Counted from the first letter of the stretch, positions 29,036 to 39,988 are shown. The stretch: 45,951 bases of DNA from Basidiobolus meristosporus CBS 931.73 (GCA_002104905.1 MCFE01000684.1:1-45951), one strand, 5' to 3'. Notes: generated by a model from the sequence alone, not told the origin. A program made the numbers and translations.

Positions 29036-30995
29036 ATGAGCACCCTTGCTACCTCAGACGAAGCCAGAGAGCAAACAGATAAATACGGGCAGTCGAGCTT
29101 CGTGAAGGTACCATTCACATATTACTTTAGACTGTTTGAACAGCAAATGGAAATCGTATCCGAGAAGCCTCCTACCAATGAACACAAGGATTTGGAAAAA
29201 TCGCTCGGAAGTCCGGACAACGAAGTCATTAGAACCGAGATATCCTATCGCAAACTGTTGGCCTTGTTTACTGGGTTAGTAGCTGCCATTTGGATTATGC
29301 AGAAATATCTTAAGCCTTACGCTTCTTCACCAGACTCGCGTTGACCTTCTTTCTCGGAGCCATTGATGATACAATCATCGCTACCAGTCTCTCGCATATT
29401 GCCAGCGATTTCAACGCCCTAGACTCTATTTCCTGGGTCGGTACTAGTTACCTCCTGAGTATGACCATCCTACATCCCCTATATGGAAAGTTGGCAACGC
29501 TTTTCGGTAGAAAAAGGGTTCTCATGGGTGCAATCTGCATCTTCATTGTGGGCACCGTTCTCTGTGGTGTCTCGCAAAATATGCCAATGCTAATTATATC
29601 CAGGGCTATAACTGGTATTGGAGGAGGCGGTACATACTCCCTGTCTTTCATCATCATTTCAGGTAAGAATACCTAGTTGCCGATTCCTGGCCAGCAACAG
29701 AGTGCTAATTATTGGGTTTGCCTTAGATACATTCCCCATCCGTGATAGAGGAAAGTACATGGCCATTTTAGCAGGCGTTTTCGCCCTGGCATCCATTTCA
29801 GGCCCCCTGGTTGGAGGATCCCTCTCTGATCACTTGGTATGGAGATGGGCTTTCTATATCAAACTCCCACTGGCCGCGATCGCTCTTTTGGTTGTAGCTT
29901 ATTGCCTAGACGCAGATCACACTCCGGGAAGTATCCTTGGCAAACTCAAGCGTGTTGACTGGATTGGCGCGATGCTACTGGCTGCCAGTGTAGTCTGCAT
30001 TCTAATTCCAACCAACTGGGGTGGCTCTAAACATCCATGGACAAGCCCAACAATCATCAGTCTTTACGTTGTTGGGGTTGTTCTATTGAGCGGCTTCATG
30101 GTTTATGAGCACCGCTTTGCCGCAGAGCCTATCATGCCATTCCGTTTCTTTAAAATCAGGAACACATGCATTTGCTTCCTTGGAGATATTGTGTTTGGAG
30201 CAGTGTACTTTGGGGGGGTGTTTTACATTCCTCTACTATTCCAAGCTGTGCACGGCGACTCTGCCACTGCATCAGGAATCAAACTCCTTCCAGCCTTGCT
30301 GTGGAATTTCGCTGCATCAGTGGCAGCAGGCTGGATTGTTAGTTTGACCGGAAAGGTTCGACCCTGGATTATCCTCGGTGCATCAATCCTCGTTGCTGGT
30401 ACCGTCCTCATCACCACATTAGGCCCCAACTCATCCAGAGGCCAGGAGATTGGATATCTCTCTATATATGGAGTTGGATGTGGTCTTTGCTTCGGGCTCT
30501 ATATTATCGGCATTCAGGCATCCGTGAATGAAGAAGGTACATCCCAACAACATTGCCAACCGTTGAGACGTTCTTCCTAACCTTTCATTCCAGATCAACC
30601 GGTCATTACTGGAATCCACGCCTTTGCACAGAACATTGGTGGTGCGATTGCATTGCCGATTCAAAACACCATCATGAACATTGTTTTGGCTAAAAATCTT
30701 CAAGACAAAGTGCCGGCCTTAGGGGTAAGTCCACCAACCCTCCAAGAACCCCAAATTCGATGAAGCTAACTGATTTCGAATTTAGATCACGTCCATTGAT
30801 CCAACCGATGTGGGCAGGGTCGATCCTCAGTTCCATCAGCAGGTCGTAGAGGCCTATACCGGAGCTCTTCAATATGCATTAATACCTCTCTGTGCATTGG
30901 CCGGTTGCACTTTCTTAGCATCCTTGTTCTTGAAGCCTGTAATACTCAGCGATCGTTCAAAAAAATCGGCACCCGAAACCATCTCTAACGAGTGA
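29036..30995 (+). CDS. MFS drug:H+ antiporter (DHA2, 14-TM type), multi-exon
   Basis: FLGAIDDTIIATSL, WVGTSYLL, YGKLATLFGRK, RAITGIGGGG, GPLVGGSL...WRWAFYI, RVDWIG and many hydrophobic segments. Confidence 0.9.
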
Positions 30996-33321
30996 AAGCT
31001 CACGAGACTGCTATAATTGGCTGTAAATAAATCCACGAGTTGACCTTAAGCACTTCTTGGAACGGATGTCCCTGCCATACTACAACCTATATCTCGCCAT
31101 ATTAGCCAATCATAGACTTAATCTGGATTGCTGGATATGCCCCAAGATGGATATCAAGAAATTCTGAGTGCATTAGCGCCTATTCAGATGGATTAGTCCA
31201 GCTTAGATCGGCGTTCATAATCTGGATCACCAGGGTGTGTAAATCACTCGTAGAAATTGATCCTTGCCCAGAGTGGACAATTTTGCAGCCAGGATTGGAA
31301 TCCTTAATGGTTTGCTACTCTCACATGGTAAATGATAGTGCCACGTTGCCGGCCTCGGTAAAGAACCCGGCATTCTTTTCAAGATAAGCAAACGTATCAT
31401 TGGGAAGCTATTCTACAACAATGGGAAGTGCATATCGGGTTGCATCGTGGCACCTTTGCTTTTTATTGGACATCCACGTTCAGATGGGGTTTATTTAAGG
31501 GTTCGGGCCAATAAAATAAAGAGCACGAATGAGTCTTCCTCACGACGCGGGCCAGTGGTTGAACCATAAATCAATCCGACTATTTGCCAAGACTGACGTA
31601 GGCGGCCCATGAAGGAATTTTTGAAACCATCCTCTCGAGGTAACAGTGAGAATCATTGAAATGGCCGAGATGGTGTTGAGGTTGGACTGGAGTATTCATA
31701 GATCAAGGCCTGCTGGTGACTGACTACAAATCCGGTGCACATGGCACCAAGAGCTTCAAGCCACATTGGATCCAGCTACTGATCAGATGGGGCGCTAGAT
31801 TTGGAAATTGATCATCTTTCGATTGTCGGTGTTCCCAAACATCATGAATCTCTGCACCTAGTACGCATTGTTTGATGCCATTTTTAGAAAACCAACGCTC
31901 GCCTCGGTCCCTAGAGCCTGTGGGGCTGGATTTTTGGGGGGAGTCATGAGGATGGCCATGAGTCGCACGCACTCCAACAGGATTCCTTGAAACACTCTGC
32001 ATACACAACAAAACGGATCCTTGTCATACATGATTTACAAGCCTCGTTGCTGTTGAATTTCCCATTGGCACATCGCAACTGATTCTAAGGAACCAACCAG
32101 GTAATGTGCGTTCAACACTTCCCAGACAGGTAAGACAATTCTTGATTGATCTGTTGATCCAATAGACATCGTTCAGGCATTTGGCTTCAATGGAGATGTG
32201 TTTAGTGTAACGTTCCACCCAATCTTTCCCATTAAGCACTTGGTTTGTTCCCCAGATGAGTAGTCTAGCTGTACGCTGGTGTTGTTGCGAACCATGGAGT
32301 GCCAAGACCAGTATGATTGTCCTTCTGGATACAACGCGGATTCCAATAATAACTGGCGGAAATGAACAATATTGACAACTTGGGATTGATGCTTTTCTAG
32401 AAGTAGCTCCATCCCGTTATAGTAGCACTGACGTGATTGTGGCCTTTACGAATATTTGCCGAGTCACTTCCGTATTTCTGTGGTAGCGATGATATGAAGT
32501 TTACAAATCGGCATCCGTTGAATAACCTTGGGTTCGAGTAAGACGTGTGCTTTCGCATGAGAAACATACTTCCAAAAACTCTTTCATCTGATGGGAGAGT
32601 AGTAGGATAAACACGAGAATTTCATCGAACGATTCCATATCTTTCGACCCATAACTCACCTATTCCGGGGAATGGGTTTTCAATTACAAAACGTGTTCCA
32701 GCGTAGTGGCGGGGTGGGGTCTTTTATAAATCTTCTAGAAATATCGTCTTTTCCCATTCCAACAGGGACCGAATACACTAGTTGCGAAAGCCATCAATGT
32801 TAGTCTCTTCACGAAGGGCTGCTCGCCGAAATATGATGCCATTCTTGGGGACTTCAACGGTTATATCGATGGGATCAGCGTTGTTCATCGCCTGATCCAT
32901 CGTTGTTCATATAGATTGGCTTTTACTGCCTCAACAAGGTCCGCCGCAGTAATTGGCGCCTAGGCGTCGTCGAGGCTAAAACCGTTGAGGCCTTACCAAA
33001 GCCTGGCCCCTATTTAAGGAGTACTTCATCACATTGAGCGTAAGCAGATTACATAATTGAGACGAAAGCGGGATCTTGATTGGGTGGTGCCTGTCACTGA
33101 AGTCAATCATAAGCGTAGATTTTATGTGACACTACCATCAATTTGTTTGTGGATCAAAATATTGGCAAGCACATGCTATGCATCGAGCCTAAAAGCGTCT
33201 CACCAGGCGAAATCCAATTGTTGACGAGTAGTCAAAATGATTGATGTGAGCAATAATGCAGTCAGCTAAGACAATATTATTTAAAGAATATGTATGACTG
33301 CTATGGCTAGTGTTGGAATTC

Positions 33322-33343
33322 TTAGGGTTGGGGTTAAGGGTTT
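33322..33343 (+). repeat. Degenerate telomere-like repeats TTAGGG TTGGGG TTAAGGG
   Basis: Read directly; coincides with the start of the CpG-depleted, transposon-only region. Confidence 0.6.
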
Positions 33344-33862
33344 AAATTCTTTTATTGAATCTGATAAAGTATAGTAATACCACTTCCATTTGATTCAAGT
33401 TGAATAGTGCAAATTGTACAATGTAGTCATATCTATGATAAAGTGAAAGTAAAAATACAACTAAAAATGAGTTGAGTTCTGAAAAGGAATTTATCAACAA
33501 AATCAGGCTAGAATATGAAGTAGAGTTGGGAGTTACTTGAAAGCAGAGCACCAAGGGAAAGTGTAAAGGTATACTACCACTTCTTGGAAGCCAGTGACAT
33601 CTCAGGAAGGCAGAAGCTCTGGACTAATTGCAGATATGATAGCAGAAAGCCTCTGGATGAGCTCCCTTTGTTTGCAGAACTGGAATGAAGATTGGGCATC
33701 CTTAAACCCAAAGCAGCTCTCTACATGAGAGAAGTAAGAATAACTGATATAGAAGGGGCATTTAGAGCACAAGCAAAGTGTGTTCATTCTCAACCTTATG
33801 GCCTAGAAAGCAAATAAGGAACTCCTGATGCTAAGGGATATGTATGCTCCACTATGTGAGTC
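33344..33862 (-). pseudogene. Possible decayed 3' fragment of a related non-LTR retrotransposon
   Basis: Weak similarity of KCPF...SCFGF (33602-33793) to ECPY...GAFGF in the intact LINE C-terminus. It is CpG-free and lies between telomere-like junctions. Confidence 0.3.
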
Positions 33863-34053
33863 TTAGGGGGGTTAGGGGGAGACTGTCACCAACAGGTGAA
33901 ATCTTTGTTTCAGCTGAAACAACAAAGCCAGCACTACTGTTGTAGCTTTCAAACATGAGTGTGTAGGTGAGGGGAATTTGTAGGTAAGTTAGTCAGGAGA
34001 GATGATAGTTCTTCAGTGCTTATGACACTGTTCAGTGGGAAGGGGGTTAGGGG
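33863..34053 (-). mobile_element. LINE copy E: ~175-bp old, extremely 5'-truncated 3' end flanked by TTAGGG(G)n on both sides
   Basis: 33881-34046 aligns with the 3' end of copies A-C with many substitutions. It is preceded by TTAGGGGGGTTAGGGGG and followed by TTAGGGG. Confidence 0.85.
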
Positions 34054-34402
34054 TGTTGTAAGAGTCTTGGAGATATTGGAAGTGAATGGGAGAACAAGTA
34101 GATTATGTGGTTCTCACTTAATGATCTATTGAATGTAAAAGTAGTATTTATACTTTTACATGATCTTGGCATAGCAAACACGTAGAATAGGCTAAGGAAG
34201 GTCCCAAGAACATGTGTGCAAAGTTTGGGGCTGTTTGGACAACTTTGAGAATTTTCAAGTTCTGGGTACCTGGTATTTTGGTGAAAATATTCTAAGTAAA
34301 TCCCGACAAGGAATTTGGTCAGTATTCTCTAGGATTTGAAGGCAATAATCCAAGTGACCAAGTTAGGTGAATATTTAGGTGGAATTACAAATTTTTACAA
34401 CA
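34054..34402. mobile_element. Solo LTR (349 bp) with 5-bp target-site duplication AGGGG
   Basis: Termini TGTTGTA...TACAACA; AGGGG at 34049-34053 and again at 34403-34407. Confidence 0.85.
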
Positions 34403-36009
34403 AGGGGGGGGGAGAAAGTCACCAACAGGTGAGATCTTTATTTCAGTTGAAACAAAGAAGCCAGTGCTACTGTTGTTGCTTTGATACAAGAGTGTGTAGC
34501 TGAGGGGAATTTGTAGGTAAGCTAATAACAAGTGATGATAGTTCTTCAGTGCTCAAGACACTGTTCAGGGGGAAGGGTGGTAGCAAGAGGGGTAAGAATG
34601 ATTTGCAAGCAACATTAATGAGGGGAATATGATAAGGATTGATATTCAACATAAAGGGAGTGTCCTGCTTCAAATATTTTTGCCAAAGGTCTGTCAAGTA
34701 CTTTAGGTAGGCCAGTTTGGAATTTTCCAACTGCAGAATATAGTGAGCAAGCTTTTTGACTTCAGGATCTCCAAGTATAGTTCTCCAGCAGGAGCCAGGT
34801 GTAGTGTGGTGTGTTCTCTTCCAGGCATTGATCAGCAGGTTGTGCAGTGGTAAAGTCTGAGATATAATCTGGTTCTAAGGTAGAGAAGTCTGATCTTATA
34901 GGGCATAAACCCAAAACACCAAGAAAAGCATGTCTGTAAGGGCTTCCAGGCAGATGAGGCACCAAGGAGGCAATACACCAGACTGCAAGTGTATCAAGCT
35001 TAGTGCAGTCTCTAGAAGTAAGAGAGAGAAGTGGTAAACCAAATTTCATGACAGGGAAGACAAGCAGCTTGAGTAGAAGGAGGCAGCTGGGAGCTGAGGT
35101 TGTAGGAGAAGTAACAGCCAGTAGCTTGTGGAGTGCCAGTCTTGCAAGGATAATTCTCTTCTTCAAGTGTGCTCCAAAGTCAAGTCTAGTGGGAAAGATA
35201 GGAAAGCCAAGATATGTTGCAGAAACCTGAGCTGGTAGAGTGCAGTTCTCCAAGTTGATAGGACAACCCAAAGGTAATAGACTTGTTCCATCATTCCAGC
35301 TGATCATAGTGCCCAATAGTGCCATAGCATGCCAGATAGTGCCTGATCATGCCACAGAGTGCCAGATGGTGCCATACAGTGCCAATTTGGGATCAAAATT
35401 GACATGCATATGGCCCTAAAATATCAAATTAATAATAAAAAATACAGCACTCTCTGGCACTATGATCAGTGGCACAATGGAACAAGTCTACTGTCTTTGC
35501 AATGGAAAGCTGGATATTATTCTTCTGCAGATACTAGTGGATGGTCTGGGAGTCTTGTTGCACATTATAGGAGGATATTCTGATGTCATCAGCAAACAGA
35601 GTAACCAGGCAGTCAGCTGACAGTCTTAGGAAATCATTCAGGAAGATTGCAAACAGTATAGGGTCAAGAACAGAGCCTTGAACCACTCCATTAGGAACTG
35701 ATAACACAGCTGCTTGCTCACTTGGGTGCAGAATTCTTGCTTGTGGATCCAGAAACAGAGACCTGACAAGGAGAGTGAGGGAGGTACTGGAGAAGCATTG
35801 CAACTTGGACCAAAGCAGATTTTTGTCAACTGAATCAAAGGCCTTAGTAATATCAAGCAGAACAGAGGGATACTTGCACTGGAGAGAGTGATCTCAGCTA
35901 AGTATGACTGCATATTCCAAGGAGAGGCCAGGAACAATGCCAAACTGTGCAGGGTGAGACTTAAGGGAGTTAGAGTAGAGCTCCTGAGCAATCAGAAGCT
36001 CAAACACCT
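34403..36009 (-). mobile_element. LINE copy D: older, diverged RT/3' fragment interrupted by a MITE and ending at an LTR
   Basis: Colinear with copies A/B from the G-run to AAACACCT. The RT remnant NGVVQGSVLDPILFAIFLND...FADDI carries stops and frameshifts. Confidence 0.9.
35278..35490. mobile_element. MITE-like insertion (~213 bp) with ~35-bp imperfect terminal inverted repeats
   Basis: Absent from copies A/B at AAAGGTA|CTGTC. The ends are TAGACTTGTTCCAT...ATGGAACAAGTCTA, with inner arms CTGATCATAGTGCC / GGCACTATGATCAG. Confidence 0.88.
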
Positions 36010-36623
36010 TGTTGTATCCAAGAGAAAAGTGTAATAAAACTCTTGAATGAGTTAACTGAACCTAAGTGACAACTAAGTGCAGAACCTTAGAATTATCAAG
36101 AGTGTCAGAAATATTAGCAGAGAGGTTCTGATCTAATATTAGTCTTATATATAGCTGAGTTGGGCTATAAAGGTAACAGAGTAGGTTTGCTATGCAGGCT
36201 AGGCTTGGTGTTCTTGAGAGTGCTAAATATCCTAAGCTTGGGTAGAAACTAGAATGGATTTGTTGAATTCTTAATTTTGTTGAGACACAGACTAAACCAA
36301 AAGGTTCAGTAAACTTTATTTATACTTTTCTGATTGAGTTGCATTAGTAAGCACCAAGAGACTGGACTAATTGAAATCTGTTGGGGTGTTGATAGGTGCA
36401 TAAGATAAATGAAAAATTGCATCATTAATCAGCTGATGTCTTGGCAACTGCTAAGTGGTTGGATAAATCTCAGATGACTAATCACTTGGAAAGGCTTAGC
36501 AGATCAGTTGAGTATGTAATGACCACATGATAATTAATCAGGTGTGACAGCTAAAAATAGATTCTGAGAAGTGATAAAATAAATCATAACAGGGATTAGT
36601 TATGTTTGTGTTGTGCATCAACA
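36010..36623 (-). mobile_element. LTR (614 bp), inverted relative to the homologous LTR at 36685-37303
   Basis: Termini TGTTG...CAACA; its reverse complement aligns along its length with 36685-37303. No TSD is seen. Confidence 0.75.
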
Positions 36624-36684
36624 TTTAAAACTTAGCCAATTTTACTCCATTTGAAATTCTAGTACCCTAACTGACTTTCCCTAA

Positions 36685-37303
36685 CCCAAACATAACAAAT
36701 CCCAGTTACAGTTTATTTTATCCCACCTCAGAATCTATTTTTAGCTATCACACCTGATCTATTTTCAAATGGTCATTACGTTATCCACATATCTGCCAAG
36801 CCTTCCCAGGTGACTAGTCATCTGAGATCTATCCAACCACTGTGCAGTTGCCAAGACATCAGTTGATTGATGATGTAGTTTTCATTTATCTTATGCACCT
36901 ATGAACACCCAAGTTGATTTCTATCAATCCAGTCCCTTGGCGCTTACTAATTCAACTTGATCAGAAAAGTATAAATAAAGTTTACTGAACCTTTTGGTTT
37001 AGTGTGTGTCTCAACAAAATTAAGATTCTGTCTCAGCAAAAATAAGAATCCAACAATTCCGTTCTAGTTTCTATCCAAGCCTAGTATATCTAGCACTCCA
37101 AAGAACACCAAGCCTAGCCTGCCTAGCAAACAAATATCATTGTCTTTATAGCCAACCCAGCTATATCCAAGACCAATATTAGATCAGAATCTTTCTGCTA
37201 ATATTTCCGCCACTCTGACAATTCTAAGATTCTGCACTTAATTGTCCCTTTGGTTCAGTTAAACCATTCAAGAGTTTTATTACACTTTCTCTTGGATACA
37301 ACA
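36685..37303 (+). mobile_element. LTR of the same family, probably the 5' LTR of a decayed element
   Basis: Ends in GATACAACA; has a TATA-like GTATAAATA at ~36969; a gag-like ORF follows. The 5' TG terminus is not clear. Confidence 0.7.
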
Positions 37304-37344
37304 TTTTTTTTCGTTGAATTCCATTACATTCAGCCAATTAGAAG

Positions 37345-37692
37345 ATGTCCTCAGCAGCAAGCAATCCAAACCTTTCCATGTTGGAAGAAGCCAGGAGAAA
37401 TCAGGAAGAACTTACTAAACAGCTTGAAAGCATCATGCTTGAAAGAGATACCATGATGCTTGAGCACTCAAAGCTTGCCAAAACAAGATCTGATAATCAC
37501 CGTAGAGATGAACTCCCTGAAGTTATATCCGGTTACCAAGATGAAATTGGAATAATTAAGGAAGCACTGGAGAATATTGCCATAGTAATTGACAGCATTG
37601 AAAATCCGCCAAGCCTTGCTCTGCACCAGCCACCTAGAAGTCATGCCTTTGAATCCTCCAGATCTACATCTGTTGTGTTGTATTATGATTAG
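37345..37692 (+). pseudogene. Putative gag N-terminal remnant (coiled-coil)
   Basis: 115-aa ATG ORF starting 42 bp after the LTR end, with a helical EEARRNQEELTKQLE segment. No diagnostic gag motif is seen. Confidence 0.4.
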
Positions 37693-37991
37693 TTTGGGGC
37701 TTGTTCTACAATGTAGAGGCTAATCAACAATATACAACAACTTCCAGTATGCTAATACTGAAATAGTTTATTGGGAGTTTGATATACCAATAGAAGATAT
37801 AACTTTCACTAATTTCCTCAATCTTAGGCTCAAAATATACTGTAGGCAGTGTTTATCACTTCTACAGCAGTGTTCTGACCTTCTGTTGACTAATGGGCTT
37901 ATTTACTTTTATAGTAACTTTTCCTTATTTGGAAGTCACTTTCCTTTCTGAGAAAATATTTCCTAATATGGAAATTCTGAGCTCCCCTTTA

Positions 37992-38236
37992 ACCTAAAGG
38001 GGTGTGTTGTAGAAGTCTCTAAAGGGGTCTTTAGACCTAAAGGGGTGTCTAAAGGGGTGTCTTTAGAGTAAAGGGGCTTCTTGTAGTGGTCTCTAAAGTG
38101 GACTTTACACTAAAGGGGTGCCTAAAGGGGCTTCTTTAGAGTAAAGGGGTTTCTTAAAGGGGTCTCTAAAGGGGTCTTTAGACTAAAGGGGTGTCTAAAG
38201 GGGTGTCTTTAGAGTAAAGGGGTTTCTTAGAGGGGA
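37992..38236 (+). repeat. TAAAGGGG-core minisatellite with 73-bp higher-order period
   Basis: CTTTAGAGTAAAGGGG recurs at 38061, 38134 and 38207. Sub-units are 17/12/13/19/12 bp. Confidence 0.9.
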
Positions 38237-38394
38237 CTTTTCCAACAGAAAAGTGGTAGTTTCTTGTAGAACTTAGATTGGATTCTTGTGAGCTTTGCAG
38301 TCTCTTTACTGATGTAGTACCGATCAAAGTCAGAATACTCAACAGTGCAAGTGATGCAGGGGAAGTCTTATAACCTTTAAACTTGTAATTGTAG

Positions 38395-38913
38395 TGTGGA
38401 GATTCTGGAAAGAGAGGCTCTCTCTTTATTTTTCAGCTGGGGAAGTCATATATATGAAAATTTTGAAGGATCAAAGTTTTTGGGCGATTGCGCAAGCAAT
38501 ACACGTGATACAAAGCTGAAATTTTGCAGTGGCGCAGATCGGACATAGGCGCAGCACCTGTGAAAATTTCACGTGATTTGATTGGCTGGTTCAAAAGTTA
38601 CACACGATCAAAGTCACCATAGTAATCCTAGCAATAAGGCATAGTATATATAATAGTTGGACTCTTTTGGTCATAACTCCTTAAGTACTGCTTCAAATGA
38701 GCTGTAATTTGAAACATGTGTTGGCTACTACGTGTTCTGTATGACATAATATTCTTGGATGGATTGCTTGTCAGGGTCTGGGGCATTTGCTCTTCAAAGT
38801 TGGAAATTCTTGATCTTTCTGTTGTGTGTTACGATAGCAAAAAGCAAAATAAAGAAATGAGTGCAATATTGGTTTAGAGATATTGTAGTAATGGAATACT
38901 TTCCATTACCACA
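38395..38913 (-). mobile_element. 3' LTR of a Ty3/Gypsy element (519 bp), preceded by a polypurine tract
   Basis: Termini TGTGG...CCACA; the minus strand reads TAGGGGGGACT immediately before TGTGG, right after the integrase stop. Confidence 0.78.
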
Positions 38914-38921
38914 AGTCCCCC

Positions 38922-39971
38922 CTAACTTTGAGAAATAATGCCCTCATTATTACTTCTGATATGGAACTTCTTCAATCTGTTACCAGGTTGTGTCAGTGCA
39001 AGTGGTGTACCGTCAAGTTCTGCTAGTTTGTAAGATCCATTTTTGTTTGCATGTATGATCTTGTAGGGACCTTGCCATCGCATATCCAGCTTGGATGCCT
39101 TGTTTCTTTGGCTTTTTGTGTTGTGAAGTAGTATCAACTCACCTACTTCTAACAATGTTTTTCTTAGGCATTTTTGAGCGTCAAAGTACTCCTTGCCAGC
39201 CATTCTGGATTTCTTCAGGTTTTCTATTGCATTCTGTTGCAGAGTGTGTGCTTGTTGAATCTGTTGTACTCTTGCTAGCAATAGCTCTGATGTTGTTGTT
39301 GTTGGTTTCCATGGGAGGGTAAGCCAATTCTCAAAAGATATGTCTATCGGCAAAACAGCATCATGTCCATATATTAAAAAAAATGGTGTATACCCTGTAC
39401 TTCTTTTAACCGTGACTCTATCAGACCAAATTGCTGCATGAAAGTTATTTGCCCATTTGTTGGGTTCTTCATAGCTAAGCTTTGCTAATGTGTTTGCAAA
39501 AGCAGAATGTCCATGTTCAACTGGTGAGTTTGCTTGTGGGTGATATGGCATAGTATGTATAAGCTTGGTTCCATGCTTTGTTGCTAGTGCTTGTATTTCA
39601 TAAGATCCACATTCTCCATTGTCTGCAATAAGGGTGCCAACTGAACCATGTCTGAGATATACATCTTCTTTGAGAAATCTTGCTACTGCTTTTGCATTGG
39701 CTTGTTTTAGCATTCTAGCCTCTATCCAACCAGTAAAGTTATCACGACAGTCCACCACATACTTATACCCAGCTGTTGCCCTTGGTAAATGTATAATATC
39801 TACATGTGCAATTTGCCAAGCATAAGATGTGTATATACTGTGAAGTGGTTCATGCATCTTTTGGTTGTCTCTTCTTTGACATGGAATACATGATTTCACA
39901 TATTCTTTTGTGTTGGTGTAAAGTGTTGGCCAAAAATACCGTAAGGAGATTTTTGCATATGTTGATGTAAT
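38922..39971 (-). pseudogene. Ty3/Gypsy integrase, 5'-truncated inside the HHCC zinc finger
   Basis: YFWPTLY...VKSCIPCQRR, AHVDII, RDNFTGWIEA, IADNGE, YHPQANSPVE and WQGPYKI (GPY/F motif). The upstream pol is missing. Confidence 0.92.
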
Positions 39972-39988
39972 TAGGGTAGGGGGGGGGG
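39971..39988 (+). repeat. Telomere-like junction TTAGGG TAGGGGGGGGGG
   Basis: Read directly between the integrase and the 3' end of LINE copy A. Confidence 0.85.

Noticed and set aside
32836-32862. Plus-strand DAILGDFNG resembling the APE GDFN motif
   Set aside because: It is isolated, with no other endonuclease motifs in frame; likely chance.
31000-32910. Protein-like minus-strand frames with scattered stops, suggesting a RIP-like pseudogene; a WVERY word occurs twice
   Set aside because: No family is recognisable and several frames look similarly open. Every stop codon can formally derive from CAA/CAG/CGA, so that is not evidence for C-to-T hypermutation.
33870-33890. GGGGGAGAC-TGTCAC in copy E looks like a PPT followed by an LTR start
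   Set aside because: The other four copies read AGTCAC there, and the sequence continues into the antisense of LINE ORF2, not an LTR.
35310-35385. Possible coding repeat (ORF 35359-35583)
   Set aside because: The 10-bp period is not codon-compatible and lies inside the MITE.
37992-38236. Repeat-spacer appearance suggesting a CRISPR array
   Set aside because: The context is eukaryotic, the inter-repeat pieces are themselves periodic rather than unique spacers, and there are no cas genes.
38914-38927. Minus-strand GTTAGGGGGGA resembling the LINE junction motif
   Set aside because: It is in the opposite orientation and sits between the integrase stop and the LTR, so it is fully explained as a Gypsy polypurine tract.
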